Assembly (NCBI GenBank): GCA_963827165.1
Contig: CAWGZR010000011.1
Span: forward strand, 127,332 to 191,331
Length of the DNA stretch: 64,000 bases
Origin: Candidatus Bathyarchaeota archaeon
GTDB lineage: Archaea > Thermoproteota > Bathyarchaeia > Bathyarchaeales > Bathycorpusculaceae
Direction: 5' to 3'
Shown here in pieces: positions 1-9,062 of this stretch. The notes below the pieces were generated by a model that had not been told where the DNA came from, did not search any database, and saw only the letters and a list, made by a program, of their open reading frames with translations. How positions within the stretch are numbered: the stretch's first letter is position 1; every line of letters begins with the position of its first letter. Both the position numbers and the translations under genes were made by a program.

Positions 1-1814
1 ACGCCTACAGCGACCTTGAGTGGTACACTTCTTATCCAGTTGCGTTTTCCGACCACTGCGAAGGCGCCGTGGGGAACAGATTCTCCTGAAGGACCGCTTT
101 TGCTAAGCTGGTCAACCTTAACCCAGTAAACGTCAGCTGATCCCGCGTTTTCACGCCAAGCACGGGAAAAGGAAGCTGCGAATTCGCCGGCTTCATGAAG
201 CGTAGGTTCAGGTATAGTTTTGCCTTCCGCCTTTACAACGGTGAATGGGGCTCCTGAGATTTCAGCGTGGAAAACAACGTCTTCCTGGATAGTGTATTTT
301 TTTATGAGCACTTCGTTGCTGACCGTGTCTTTGCCCGCGACAACTAGGAACCCGTCGGAAGATTTGAACCAGCGGAATTTTTCGTACCACTCCTTACTCT
401 CGCGTTCAACCTTACGCTTGGCAAGGGCCTCCATAATCTCCATCGGCTTAAGACTCTTCAGCTCCTCCGCTCTGCTTAGCTCCTTCTCAATTTGTTCTAA
501 ACGTTTTTTCGACTCTTCAAGCGCGACTTGAGCACCAGCAATTTTCTGCTTCGCCTTTTTTCCGAGCTCATAGTATTCGTTGGCGTTTTCGTAAATCGAG
601 CGGCGCAAGTTAATGCTGAACCGCAAGTTGTCAAGGAACATGTTCAATGCCAAGTTGCGTCCGTCGAAAGATTCAACGTAAGCCTGAGGGGTTTTCCCAC
701 TTTCTTTTGCTAGCAAAACCTCTGCCACGACGGTGTTCCAGTTTTTTCCTTCTCTGTTCGCTTTCAGCAGCGATTCCGTGAAGGTTTGAAGTTCGTTTAG
801 GCGGCTGTAGATTGTGTTGCCAATTGTTTTGTCGTATTCCGCTTTTTTCTCTTCTTCACTTATGGATTTTTCTTGATCAGCGACTACTCGTTTGAGCCTT
901 TCAGATTCCTGCGTGAGCTTTTCAACTTCGACGCTGGCAAGCGCTTTCTCAGCCGCTTTGACCTGAAGGAAAAACTCGTCTGCCGCCTCATTGAAGGTCT
1001 TGTAATCCTGAGTTTTGAAGCTTTCATAACGAACCATTTTAAGAGGAACAACATCAAGGTAGCTTCCGTCTATATCCAGAACAATATTGGGTTCCAAGAC
1101 ACTTTCCGTCAACTTTGAAAGCAAACCTTTCAGGGCGTCGAAAATCCCTTGGTTTTCTTCATCGGTTAAGTTTTTGCATGGCTTAGATTTTTCTACCCCT
1201 GCTCTAAGCAGCATCTCTTCCGCGTAGACTCCGCCGATGCCCAAAAAACGCGATGTTGCTCTCACCACTTCGGCTTGAGCCGCCTTCACGAGACTTTCCT
1301 GCAGTTCAGGTAGAGAAATCTTGAGTGGATTTTTGCCGCTTGGTGGAGGAAACACTAGTGTTTCGTTTCGCAGAATATTTCTGTCTCGCATGCGTTTGTA
1401 AAAAAGAGCTTGGAGAATCTGGTTTTTCTCGTTTGTCAAAATTATGTTGCCTTCTCCGAAAAGTTCAACGACAAGCCTGAGCAAGCCCTCTCCAGTCTTG
1501 AAGGTAACTGTTACGATTCTTTCAAACTCAAACTGATCAATCCCAAGTAGCCATGCCCCACGCAGCTGCCTCCTAAGCGCCATGCAAAACTCGGGCGGTG
1601 ATGCGGGGCTCTCTGGAGCATAAACGGTGGAGTGCAATCTTCTGCCAGCTTCCACGACAAGCTTGATTGGTGGGACGTCCATTTTGTGAAGTTTGAACAC
1701 TAAGGTTTTCTCGTCTAGCTGGTAGATGTTGTTCACTCGAGAGTTGCTAATTGTCGGTTTTAATTCTTTGGTAGCGGCTGCAATGTCAAAGCTTGTGAAT
1801 TCTTTTTTGCGCAT
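1..1814 (-). CDS. rqcH: Rqc2/NFACT (RqcH) ribosome quality-control protein, 3' end outside window
   Basis: Not in the ORF track; minus-strand ATG at 1814 reads MRKKEFTSFDIAA...; later contains ELFGEGNIIL and WYEKFRWFKSSDGFLVVAGKD...HAEISGAP, typical of archaeal Rqc2/NFACT. Confidence 0.9.
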   Translation of the reverse strand, partial: MRKKEFTSFDIAAATKELKPTISNSRVNNIYQLDEKTLVFKLHKMDVPPIKLVVEAGRRLHSTVYAPESPASPPEFCMALRRQLRGAWLLGIDQFEFERIVTVTFKTGEGLLRLVVELFGEGNIILTNEKNQILQALFYKRMRDRNILRNETLVFPPPSGKNPLKISLPELQESLVKAAQAEVVRATSRFLGIGGVYAEEMLLRAGVEKSKPCKNLTDEENQGIFDALKGLLSKLTESVLEPNIVLDIDGSYLDVVPLKMVRYESFKTQDYKTFNEAADEFFLQVKAAEKALASVEVEKLTQESERLKRVVADQEKSISEEEKKAEYDKTIGNTIYSRLNELQTFTESLLKANREGKNWNTVVAEVLLAKESGKTPQAYVESFDGRNLALNMFLDNLRFSINLRRSIYENANEYYELGKKAKQKIAGAQVALEESKKRLEQIEKELSRAEELKSLKPMEIMEALAKRKVERESKEWYEKFRWFKSSDGFLVVAGKDTVSNEVLIKKYTIQEDVVFHAEISGAPFTVVKAEGKTIPEPTLHEAGEFAASFSRAWRENAGSADVYWVKVDQLSKSGPSGESVPHGAFAVVGKRNWIRSVPLKVAVG

Positions 1815-2311
1815 GCCTGTATCAGGTGGTTTTAGTAGTTAACTTAGTTATAAAGAAACCTTTTCGCGTAGGCATAATCTGCGATCTGCGTTGCCGCAAG
1901 GTTTTCGCGATCAACAAACTCTTGAAGAATTACTCGCCGGATGCATAATATTTCAGTTTTTTTAACATTAGTGAATATGAAATCTCCTTTAAATTCAGTC
2001 GAAACTGTGATTACATAGGGGATAGGAGACGGCTAGTAATAAGGCCAAAATGGACGAACCATCGATTGCTCTGCACAAGGTCTTCTGTGACCACGCACGG
2101 GCACAAGAACAGCACATTCATCAGGAGAAGCCATGATAGATAGTTTGAAAGTTTGAGATGAAATTCCTCAGCTTTCCACCACAGATAGCGCATTTTAAGG
2201 AAACCTGTTTGAATATTAATTAACTCAGAATACGGAAAGCAGAAGTAAATTTGATCTTTTGGGCAACGCTCTAAGCGAAAATGGCGTGCGGGTCTTGGCA
2301 GTAATTGTTGT

Positions 2312-2719
2312 TTATTTTGGATTAATTTTGCGGTCAGACGCGTGAGGTCTAGCTATTTTTGCTTCCACCTCCGGCTTCATTTCGCAGAATATTTTTGTAG
2401 TAGCACCTCTTTGCTCAGTTTTGTAGGCACAAAGAAAAAGACCAAAGGCAGAAGGGCAAACTTCAAAGTGTTTCATTCCTACCACCGCAGCCATCTTTAC
2501 CATCTTTTGATTGCAATATATGCAGTGGTTTGGTTTGATTTTTGGAAGAGGCGCTTTGGATCCGTTTGAAGGAGCGCAGTAGATTTCGCTTCCGTGGTTA
2601 ATGTAGATGGACCAAAGGGATTGGTAAAGGCTGGGGCACACGCGATAATTGCTGTATGATTGAAGATTAAGGATGTGAATAAACTGTTTCCCACATTTCT
2701 TGCAGTTTTCCGCAAACAT
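2312..2719 (-). CDS. Hypothetical Cys-rich protein with duplicated CxxC...VCPS...I(Y/F)C motif
   Basis: 135-aa ORF with two similar halves. Confidence 0.55.
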   Translation of the reverse strand: MFAENCKKCGKQFIHILNLQSYSNYRVCPSLYQSLWSIYINHGSEIYCAPSNGSKAPLPKIKPNHCIYCNQKMVKMAAVVGMKHFEVCPSAFGLFLCAYKTEQRGATTKIFCEMKPEVEAKIARPHASDRKINPK

Positions 2720-2897
2720 TTCTGTATCCTCGGTTATTGTGGGTTCCAGTCAAGCGCCCGTGCAATCAAATGCTATTTAGAACTTGGCAGAGCCCGGCTA
2801 CTGTGAACAAGAACTATGCTGAATAATTTAACTAAATATATAACGAATACCTTATTAAAGTAAGGGTAAAATATAGTTTGCCAAGGTTACGTGGAAC

Positions 2898-3189
2898 ATG
2901 TCGCCTATTGTTCAGCTTTACTGGATTCGAGTTTCGTTGGGAGTAGTTGCAGCGGTCATAAGTGCATTCTTAGCACTGTATCTGCCTCTGCATGATTTGA
3001 GCAGTTTAATTGACAGTTTCACAGTTGCCCTTCTGATATACTTGGCATCTTATTACCCGCTAAAAGCAATTTACTCGAAGAAAATAGAGAAACAATCCAA
3101 AGTACTAAGCACAGCCGTACTAGGCATATTTCTTCGCCTGGTTACCCTTCTTCGTGCTGTTCTTCACGATATTCAAAATCTATGGTTAA
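2898..3189 (+). pseudogene. EMC6/Rab5ip-like small membrane protein, apparent +1 frameshift near 3122
   Basis: Two TM segments in the first frame; the third (AYFFAWLPFFVLFFTIFKIYG*) continues in the shifted frame to TAA 3187-3189, which avoids overlap with the convergent gene. Confidence 0.6.
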
Positions 3190-3205
3190 CCTTTATTGAA
3201 AAAAT

Positions 3206-3664
3206 TTATTCTTCGCCTTTTTTAAGAAAATTGGCGATTGTAGCTTGGCTTTTGTCGCTTCGCAGGGTTTCGATTTTCTCTTCCTCGCTTGCCTTCACGC
3301 TTCCGTTCTGTGGCGGCGCAATTTCCATGCGAGTCAGGATGCGCATGCAATCTGCCCAAGCTGAAAAGTATCCGCGGTCAAAATCTCCGTGTAAGCCGTT
3401 CCCCATGTGTTCAAGGAACTCTTTTCGATAGTTGTGCAAGGCGACCTTGTCACTCAAATCGATTTTTGACAGAAACGCGTAGTCGTCGGTGGCGCTGTTT
3501 TTGCGTGCGAGGTATATGCCGTAAAGCGCTCGGAAATATCCTCTGTTCCAATCGGTTTTCTGCATTTTCTGCTTTACTCGTTCCAACTCACGTTCTGCTT
3601 CGCTGAATTGCCTTGCCACAATGAGCTGGAAGTACCGTGTTACGAGAGCTTGTGAAATCGGCAT
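3206..3664 (-). CDS. Hypothetical protein, likely co-transcribed with radA
   Basis: 152-aa ORF starting 3 nt after the radA stop. Confidence 0.75.
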   Translation of the reverse strand: MPISQALVTRYFQLIVARQFSEAERELERVKQKMQKTDWNRGYFRALYGIYLARKNSATDDYAFLSKIDLSDKVALHNYRKEFLEHMGNGLHGDFDRGYFSAWADCMRILTRMEIAPPQNGSVKASEEEKIETLRSDKSQATIANFLKKGEE

Positions 3665-3666
3665 GT

Positions 3667-4728
3667 TTACCGTCCGCGGGTTTTAGTTGCTTTCTCCTCT
3701 TCAGAGACATCTTCTATTCCGTTCTCGGTTACTTTAAGTATTTCCTCTCCCTCAGGCAAATACGGACTTGAAACTAACCTAGCAATCCGGATCGGGCCAT
3801 GCGGAGCCTTTCGAAGGTAAATTCGTGTGTGGCTCGTGTGGCCCACGATGTTTCCTCCGATGGGGTGAATTGCGTCGCCGAAGAACTGATCGGGCTTGGC
3901 CATCACCTGGTTAGTTACAACTGCAACGGCGTTGAATGCTCGAGCTAACGCGATTAGTTTATGCATGTGTTTGTTGAGTTTCTGCTGTCTTGAAGCAAGC
4001 ATTTCCCTTCCGAGGTATTCGCTTCGGAAATGTGCGGTTAGGGAGTCAACTATTATTAGTTTGATGTTGTTTGCCTTGATTATTTCATCGGCGTTTTCCA
4101 GAAGGAACATTTGATGATCAGAAGTGTATGCTTCAGCGTAAATGATGTTTTTAACCACTGTGTCAGGGTCTAAGCCTAAAAAATTGGCCATCTGCACAAT
4201 GCGTTCTAGTCTGAAAGTGTTTTCAGTGTCAACATACAGGGCTGCGCCGTTGAGACCACCTCTTTCAGGCGGCAACTGGACGTTAACGCAAAGTTGATGG
4301 CACATCTGGCTTTTCCCACTGCCGTATTCACCATAAAACTCCGTGATCGTTTGGGTTTCTAATCCACCGTCGACGACTTTATCTAAGGCTTTGCTCCCCG
4401 TTGTTAGGCGTAGGACGCTCTTTCGCATCTTGAAAAGCTCGTCAGCACGAATAAAGGAGACGCCGAGAGATGAACGGGCAGCTTGTATGATTTGGAAGGC
4501 TTTTTTCTCGCTTACTCCAACTGGCTCTAGCTCTCGCGCAGTTGCCATGGCCAAGGATTCTACTTGATGGTATCCAAGTTCTCGGAGTTTTTGCGCGGTT
4601 GCTGGTCCGACTCCTGGCAAGTCTTCTATGAACTCGTATTTTGGCTTGGCTGATTCATTTTGCTTCACTGAGGTTCTTTGTTGTTCTTCAGCTTCTTGGC
4701 TTTGGTCGTCTTCATTTTCTTCAGACAT
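3667..4728 (-). CDS. radA: DNA repair and recombination protein RadA
   Basis: N-terminal HhH (LPGVGP), Walker A GEYGSGKS, LIIVDS, VVVTNQV, GGNIVGHTS. Confidence 0.97.
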   Translation of the reverse strand: MSEENEDDQSQEAEEQQRTSVKQNESAKPKYEFIEDLPGVGPATAQKLRELGYHQVESLAMATARELEPVGVSEKKAFQIIQAARSSLGVSFIRADELFKMRKSVLRLTTGSKALDKVVDGGLETQTITEFYGEYGSGKSQMCHQLCVNVQLPPERGGLNGAALYVDTENTFRLERIVQMANFLGLDPDTVVKNIIYAEAYTSDHQMFLLENADEIIKANNIKLIIVDSLTAHFRSEYLGREMLASRQQKLNKHMHKLIALARAFNAVAVVTNQVMAKPDQFFGDAIHPIGGNIVGHTSHTRIYLRKAPHGPIRIARLVSSPYLPEGEEILKVTENGIEDVSEEEKATKTRGR

Positions 4729-4844
4729 TGCTTTTCACGCTTTGCATCATGATGTCATGTTTGGGGTATTTAAAACAACCGAACATTAGGACAAGTTGAA
4801 GAGTGGAGGGGTGAGTGAAAGTGAAGTTCTAAGCCGGCTAAATG

Positions 4845-4886
4845 TTAGTCAAGGAACCTTGACTAAAAAATGGGTGGTTAGTCAAG
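4845..4886. promoter_or_regulatory. Candidate operator: perfect inverted repeat TTAGTCAAGG-AA-CCTTGACTAA plus a third half-site
   Basis: 10-bp arms at 4845-4854 and 4857-4866, extra TTAGTCAAG at 4878-4886, in the divergent intergenic region upstream of radA. Confidence 0.45.
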
Positions 4887-4942
4887 AAACGTTGAGAACA
4901 AAGCTTTTATCAACAGAACCCGCCCGTAAGATTGGTGGAAAA

Positions 4943-5221
4943 ATGAAGAAGCCCATAGTTGCGCTGCTTATTTTCCTCTTTGTCGCCGTAGTAGCCGCCA
5001 CGTTTGTTGCCGGCGGGTGTTTGACCTCTAATCCATACGAACTGCCCCAGACTACGCTTACAGTGAGATCGCCGTCTTTGCCATCGCCTCTTACAGTTGC
5101 CGCATGGATCGTTGGCTTAGTTGCTGTTTTCGGCGCACTTCTCTCGCTTGCCCTACGTGGGCGACATACAAATCAAGCTAACCCTAAAAGGGTGGGTGAA
5201 CGCTTCTGGGCCATCGACTAA
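4943..5221 (+). CDS. Small membrane protein (2 TM)
   Basis: MKKPIVALLIFLF... hydrophobic N-terminus and a second TM segment. Confidence 0.6.
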   Translation: MKKPIVALLIFLFVAVVAATFVAGGCLTSNPYELPQTTLTVRSPSLPSPLTVAAWIVGLVAVFGALLSLALRGRHTNQANPKRVGERFWAID

Positions 5222-5268
5222 TAAGGCGTATGCTTCTCACGGTATGTATCCCCAAAAAGGGTTAAACC

Positions 5269-5550
5269 TTATTCTTTGCATTGTTTTAGGTCGCGCAGTT
5301 CAGAGATGGATTTGTTTAGGAATGCACTGTCCTGAACTGTTTTGACGGTGGACACTGGAAGGCAAACGGTGACTTTTCCGAGGAATGGTCTTTTAAAACC
5401 CAATGCCTTGGTAGCCTCATCTGTTAATGCAACGTAGAGGCTCGTTATTTGCCAATTACTCGTGTCTACTTCAGCGCTTTCTATTTCGCCTAATAAAACG
5501 GCGTCTGACGTGAAAGCTTTCTTCCAAAAGAACCTGGTGATTTCAACCAT
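5269..5550 (-). CDS. PRC-barrel domain protein
   Basis: K(A)FTSDAVLLGEIESAEVDTSNWQITSLYV...VCLPVSTVKTV pattern. Confidence 0.75.
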   Translation of the reverse strand: MVEITRFFWKKAFTSDAVLLGEIESAEVDTSNWQITSLYVALTDEATKALGFKRPFLGKVTVCLPVSTVKTVQDSAFLNKSISELRDLKQCKE

Positions 5551-5660
5551 TGTAAAAACCAATATGCTAATTTGTATTCGCCTATATTTGCTTGTCGGCA
5601 ACAGGCGTTTGCAGAAGCCTTTTTACCCGCCTAAACCATATTTTTTAATTGGCGATTTTT

Positions 5661-6041
5661 ATGTCTACTTCTCAAAATCAAAGTAAGCTGACTTCCCAAG
5701 AGAAACGTGTCATAGAGGACAAAGGCACCGAGGCACCGTTCACGGGCAAATACTTCGCGTTTTGGGACAAAGGCACCTACGTCTGCAAACGCTGCCACAC
5801 TCCATTATACCGTTCAGAAAACAAGTTTGAAGCCAACTGCGGCTGGCCAAGCTTCGACGAAGAAATCCCTGGAGCTGTTAAACGTGTTCCTGATCCAGAC
5901 GGCGTTCGTATCGAGATAGAGTGTGCCAACTGCGGCGCTCACCTTGGACACGTTTTCATGGGCGAGCACTTCACCGAAAAAGACACAAGACACTGTGTCA
6001 ACTCGATCTCGATGGATTTCATACCTGACAAAAAAGAGTAA
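5661..6041 (+). CDS. msrB: Peptide methionine-(R)-sulfoxide reductase
   Basis: GTEAPFTG, CxxC, CGWPSF, HLGHVF, RHCVNS. Confidence 0.96.
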   Translation: MSTSQNQSKLTSQEKRVIEDKGTEAPFTGKYFAFWDKGTYVCKRCHTPLYRSENKFEANCGWPSFDEEIPGAVKRVPDPDGVRIEIECANCGAHLGHVFMGEHFTEKDTRHCVNSISMDFIPDKKE

Positions 6042-6158
6042 GCCTCCTTTTCCATTTTTGTGTTTGGTTCTGGTCACAGGCAATTGATCCTCTCATTGGC
6101 CTTTTTGGGACCATTTTTACAATGAAATTTTGACGTACATAAGGTGTACCCCTATCGG

Positions 6159-6230
6159 TTTCACTGTGGCGATCTGCGCTTGTTTTGCGTTGCTTTTTTG
6201 GTTGAGGGTTTGAATTCGGCTCAAATGAAG
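6159..6230 (+). repeat. Partial copy of dispersed T-rich leader repeat
   Basis: TGTTTTGCGTTGCTTTTTTGGTTGAGGGTTTGAAT resembles the copies at 36013 and 26980-27015 (minus); no clear 10-bp array. Confidence 0.45.
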
Positions 6231-6339
6231 AGTGGAAATCGAAAGTTATGAAAAGCGGATCCATATTGGCTAGTTGTAAATGTAGCCCGCAAATGGTTAA
6301 GTTGCAGTTTTCCCATATTTGAAAGTCTGTGGCCAATTT

Positions 6340-6675
6340 ATGAGCAAAAAAGAATCTTCTAAACTTGCAGGCAAGGCATCAAGCCTTCCGGGCCTGATCG
6401 ATTATCAGGAGGGCTCAGTGGTTAGCCGTACTTTAATCGACAAGAAAACGGGAACAGTTACCCTTTTCGCATTTGACCAGAATCAAGGCTTAAGCGAACA
6501 CACCGCCCCCTACGATGCATTGGTTTACATAATCGAAGGAGAAGTTGGCATCACCATATTAGGTAAGCTGCTGACGCTAAAGCAGGGCGAAGTAACCATC
6601 TTGCCCGCCAATGAGCCTCATGCCTTATCGGCGAAAACAAAGTTCAAAATGCTCTTAACAATGATAAAATCCTAA
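6340..6675 (+). CDS. Cupin domain protein
   Basis: GSVVSRTL...TLFAFDQNQGLSEHTAP...PANEPHAL. Confidence 0.9.
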   Translation: MSKKESSKLAGKASSLPGLIDYQEGSVVSRTLIDKKTGTVTLFAFDQNQGLSEHTAPYDALVYIIEGEVGITILGKLLTLKQGEVTILPANEPHALSAKTKFKMLLTMIKS

Positions 6676-7289
6676 CCAAATTTGGTGCCCCACCTGTCCC
6701 TGAAACAGTACTCGCCAACCTGTTTTCTCTCTGGCGTCGGTGGCTCTTCATCTGGGTAACCCAACGCGATGAGCGCCTCAGGTTCGACTTCGCTTGGAAT
6801 TTCAAGTGTTTCCCGAACCGTCTCTTTGCAGAAACTGGGTGCACAAAACCAGCACGCCCCCAACCCAACAGAATGCGCCGCCAACAGCATGTTCTGCAAA
6901 GATGCGGCAAGGCTCTGCATAGCTAAATCCCGCTCCAGCTTCTGCCGCTCAACTTCGGTAAACCTCGCCATCCCATCCATGCTTAGACACGCAAGTATCA
7001 ATGCAGGCGAGTCTGCGAATCTTTCAACCCGGAACTTAACCGTTTCAGGCTCAACGGAGACGCCGTCTCTTGCCCTGTCGGCAGCCCACGCCTTCGCCAT
7101 AGCCTCCGCCAGCCGCCTCTTAACCTTGGGATCCGCCAAAACGATGAACCGCCACGGTTGAGCATTATGCGCTGAAGGCGCCCAACCAGCAGCCTCCAAA
7201 ACCTCATTGATTAAGTCCCTTGATACAGGTCGGGCTTGATATTTCCTTACGCTCCGCCTCTCCCTAAGCACACTCAACAAGTTTGACAT
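6672..7289 (-). CDS. Nitroreductase family protein (FbiB C-terminal-like)
   Basis: RRSVRKY, APSAHNAQPWRF, GLGACW, LIALGYP. Confidence 0.9.
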   Translation of the reverse strand: MSNLLSVLRERRSVRKYQARPVSRDLINEVLEAAGWAPSAHNAQPWRFIVLADPKVKRRLAEAMAKAWAADRARDGVSVEPETVKFRVERFADSPALILACLSMDGMARFTEVERQKLERDLAMQSLAASLQNMLLAAHSVGLGACWFCAPSFCKETVRETLEIPSEVEPEALIALGYPDEEPPTPERKQVGEYCFRDRWGTKFG

Positions 7290-7339
7290 GAAAGATTGTA
7301 TGTAGGTTTTTCTTTTTATCTCTTAAGCAAAAAAGCAAT

Positions 7340-8644
7340 TCAATTTTCAGCCTTATGTTTCTTGAAGTAAAGCAGAAAGCCAGCTGTCCCGACGATCACT
7401 GCTATTGCTCCTGATATGGTTGCAACTGTTACTGTTGGGAACGGCTGCTCTGGACTCGCAACGTCGAAAATAATGGTCTGTGAAGCGCTAACATTTCCAA
7501 AGGTGTCGTTAGCATAGACTGTAATATTGTGCAAACCTTTGGAAAGCGAAGTTATGGTGGTATTACCAGTTACGGTCACGTTTTGTTGTCCATCCAAACT
7601 GTAGCTACTCCAACTAACAGTTTTAACCGGCGACAAAACGTTCACGTTGAAAACTAATGAAACACTGGATTTGTCATATGTTTGGTTCAGCGGAGACAAA
7701 AGCGATATTTCTGGTGAAGCCGTCTGCATTGCATAAAACGTACTGTTGAAAGGCTCCATTAGCGGGTAATAGTCAGAATTATTCAAAAAAGAAGAATTTT
7801 CATCTGGTCCATCTATGACGTATGGTTTGTTACCTATTCCTGACTTGCCTATTTCCTGGGCGTGATAGTTCACCCAAAAGTTTCCGCCAGAAGGATAACC
7901 GTTATCCCAAATGTTCAGAGAGCCAGAATAGGAATCTTGAGCCTGCACTCCCTGGTCGATTTCGAAATTATTATGGTAAATGGTATTGTTCGAGGATTCG
8001 TCAAAATAAATGCCTGAAGGATAGTCATACACATATCCACGTGCCTTCTGAGCAGCCGAAGTGAAAATTATTGTGTTATCGACCAGTAAATTGTATGCAG
8101 TATCGCTGAATTGAATATTCTGATCATTATTTACCAAATTATTTCCAATTATGATATTTGAATGTCCGCCCACAACAATTATTCCAGCAAAGCTATCATA
8201 ATATACGAAAACCCCTACAAAATCTGATGCCGCTGTGACCTCTTTTATTGTATTGTTAGAAACAAAACTATTTGATGCGCCACTCAAATAGAGACCACAG
8301 AAAAAACCTCTTGAGTCATCTCCAAATCGTCCACCGCCATTAATGGCAAAATTTTTTATGGCAACCCTTGACATGCCGTCAACCAGAATTCCTCCTGACA
8401 AAGTTTTTCCGTTTCCATCAAGCGTTATGTTGCTTTTTTCGACCAATATGTTTCCGGTTGTGTCACTTTCCAAAACGTATGAGTTGCCAGTTTGCTGTAT
8501 TTGTGAATTTTCAGGATTTACCTTACCGTCAGCGCCTATGGTGATGTTGCTTGATGATGCCTGAGCTTTAGTTTGTAGAAAAGAGTAAATACTCAACGCC
8601 AATAGGCAAAGAAGGGCCAAGGCGAAGAGAATTGTTTTTCTCAT
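7340..8644 (-). CDS. NosD/pectin-lyase beta-helix surface protein with Ig-like domain and C-terminal TM anchor
   Basis: Signal peptide, Asn-rich beta-helix, IYHNNF, WDNGYPSGGNFW, DYYPLM, YSLDGQQN, TM followed by YFKK. Confidence 0.85.
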   Translation of the reverse strand: MRKTILFALALLCLLALSIYSFLQTKAQASSSNITIGADGKVNPENSQIQQTGNSYVLESDTTGNILVEKSNITLDGNGKTLSGGILVDGMSRVAIKNFAINGGGRFGDDSRGFFCGLYLSGASNSFVSNNTIKEVTAASDFVGVFVYYDSFAGIIVVGGHSNIIIGNNLVNNDQNIQFSDTAYNLLVDNTIIFTSAAQKARGYVYDYPSGIYFDESSNNTIYHNNFEIDQGVQAQDSYSGSLNIWDNGYPSGGNFWVNYHAQEIGKSGIGNKPYVIDGPDENSSFLNNSDYYPLMEPFNSTFYAMQTASPEISLLSPLNQTYDKSSVSLVFNVNVLSPVKTVSWSSYSLDGQQNVTVTGNTTITSLSKGLHNITVYANDTFGNVSASQTIIFDVASPEQPFPTVTVATISGAIAVIVGTAGFLLYFKKHKAEN

Positions 8645-8802
8645 CCCAATCTGCCCACTCTGCGTTTCTTAAAGTAAGCCTGCGAACCATCAACCATCAC
8701 AAACTCTGGACCTCCAAACACCGTGAATATTGTTGAGGTTAGGAACGGCGCAGGGTTAGCAACGACGAAAATGATTGTTTCTGATGCCCCAACGTTTCTC
8801 AT
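8641..8802 (-). pseudogene. Remnant C-terminus of a paralogous surface protein
   Basis: MRNVGASETIIFVVANPAPF...AYFKKRRVGRLG* parallels GNVSASQTIIFDVASPEQPF...YFKK of the downstream gene; the TM segment is degenerate; TGA overlaps the next ATG. Confidence 0.55.
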
Positions 8803-9062
8803 GCTTTTCCCATGAAGTGCAGTGGCGCTCTTTGTTGATTAAAGGGTTTTTGTCAATGTTTATGAACTAAGCGTTTGGGTTTAGTCAAGATTTGAGAGTG
8901 TGTGAAAACTCAAATTTCTCCGAAGAAGTTGAGTCGTATTTGTGTAAATCCCTTTACAATACAACTATTTTTCACATAAAACAATCATTTTTCTGAAATT
9001 GAAAATAGTTTTTATACAACCTCATTTCTCGACAAAGAGCATAGCGAACCATTTAGGTTGAG

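Noticed and set aside
220-1118. Short plus-strand ORFs
   Set aside because: Antisense shadows of rqcH; the same applies to the many short ORFs overlapping radA, katG, tfb and the kinase
2011-2193. 60-aa minus-strand ORF
   Set aside because: No motif, SD or recognisable composition to support coding
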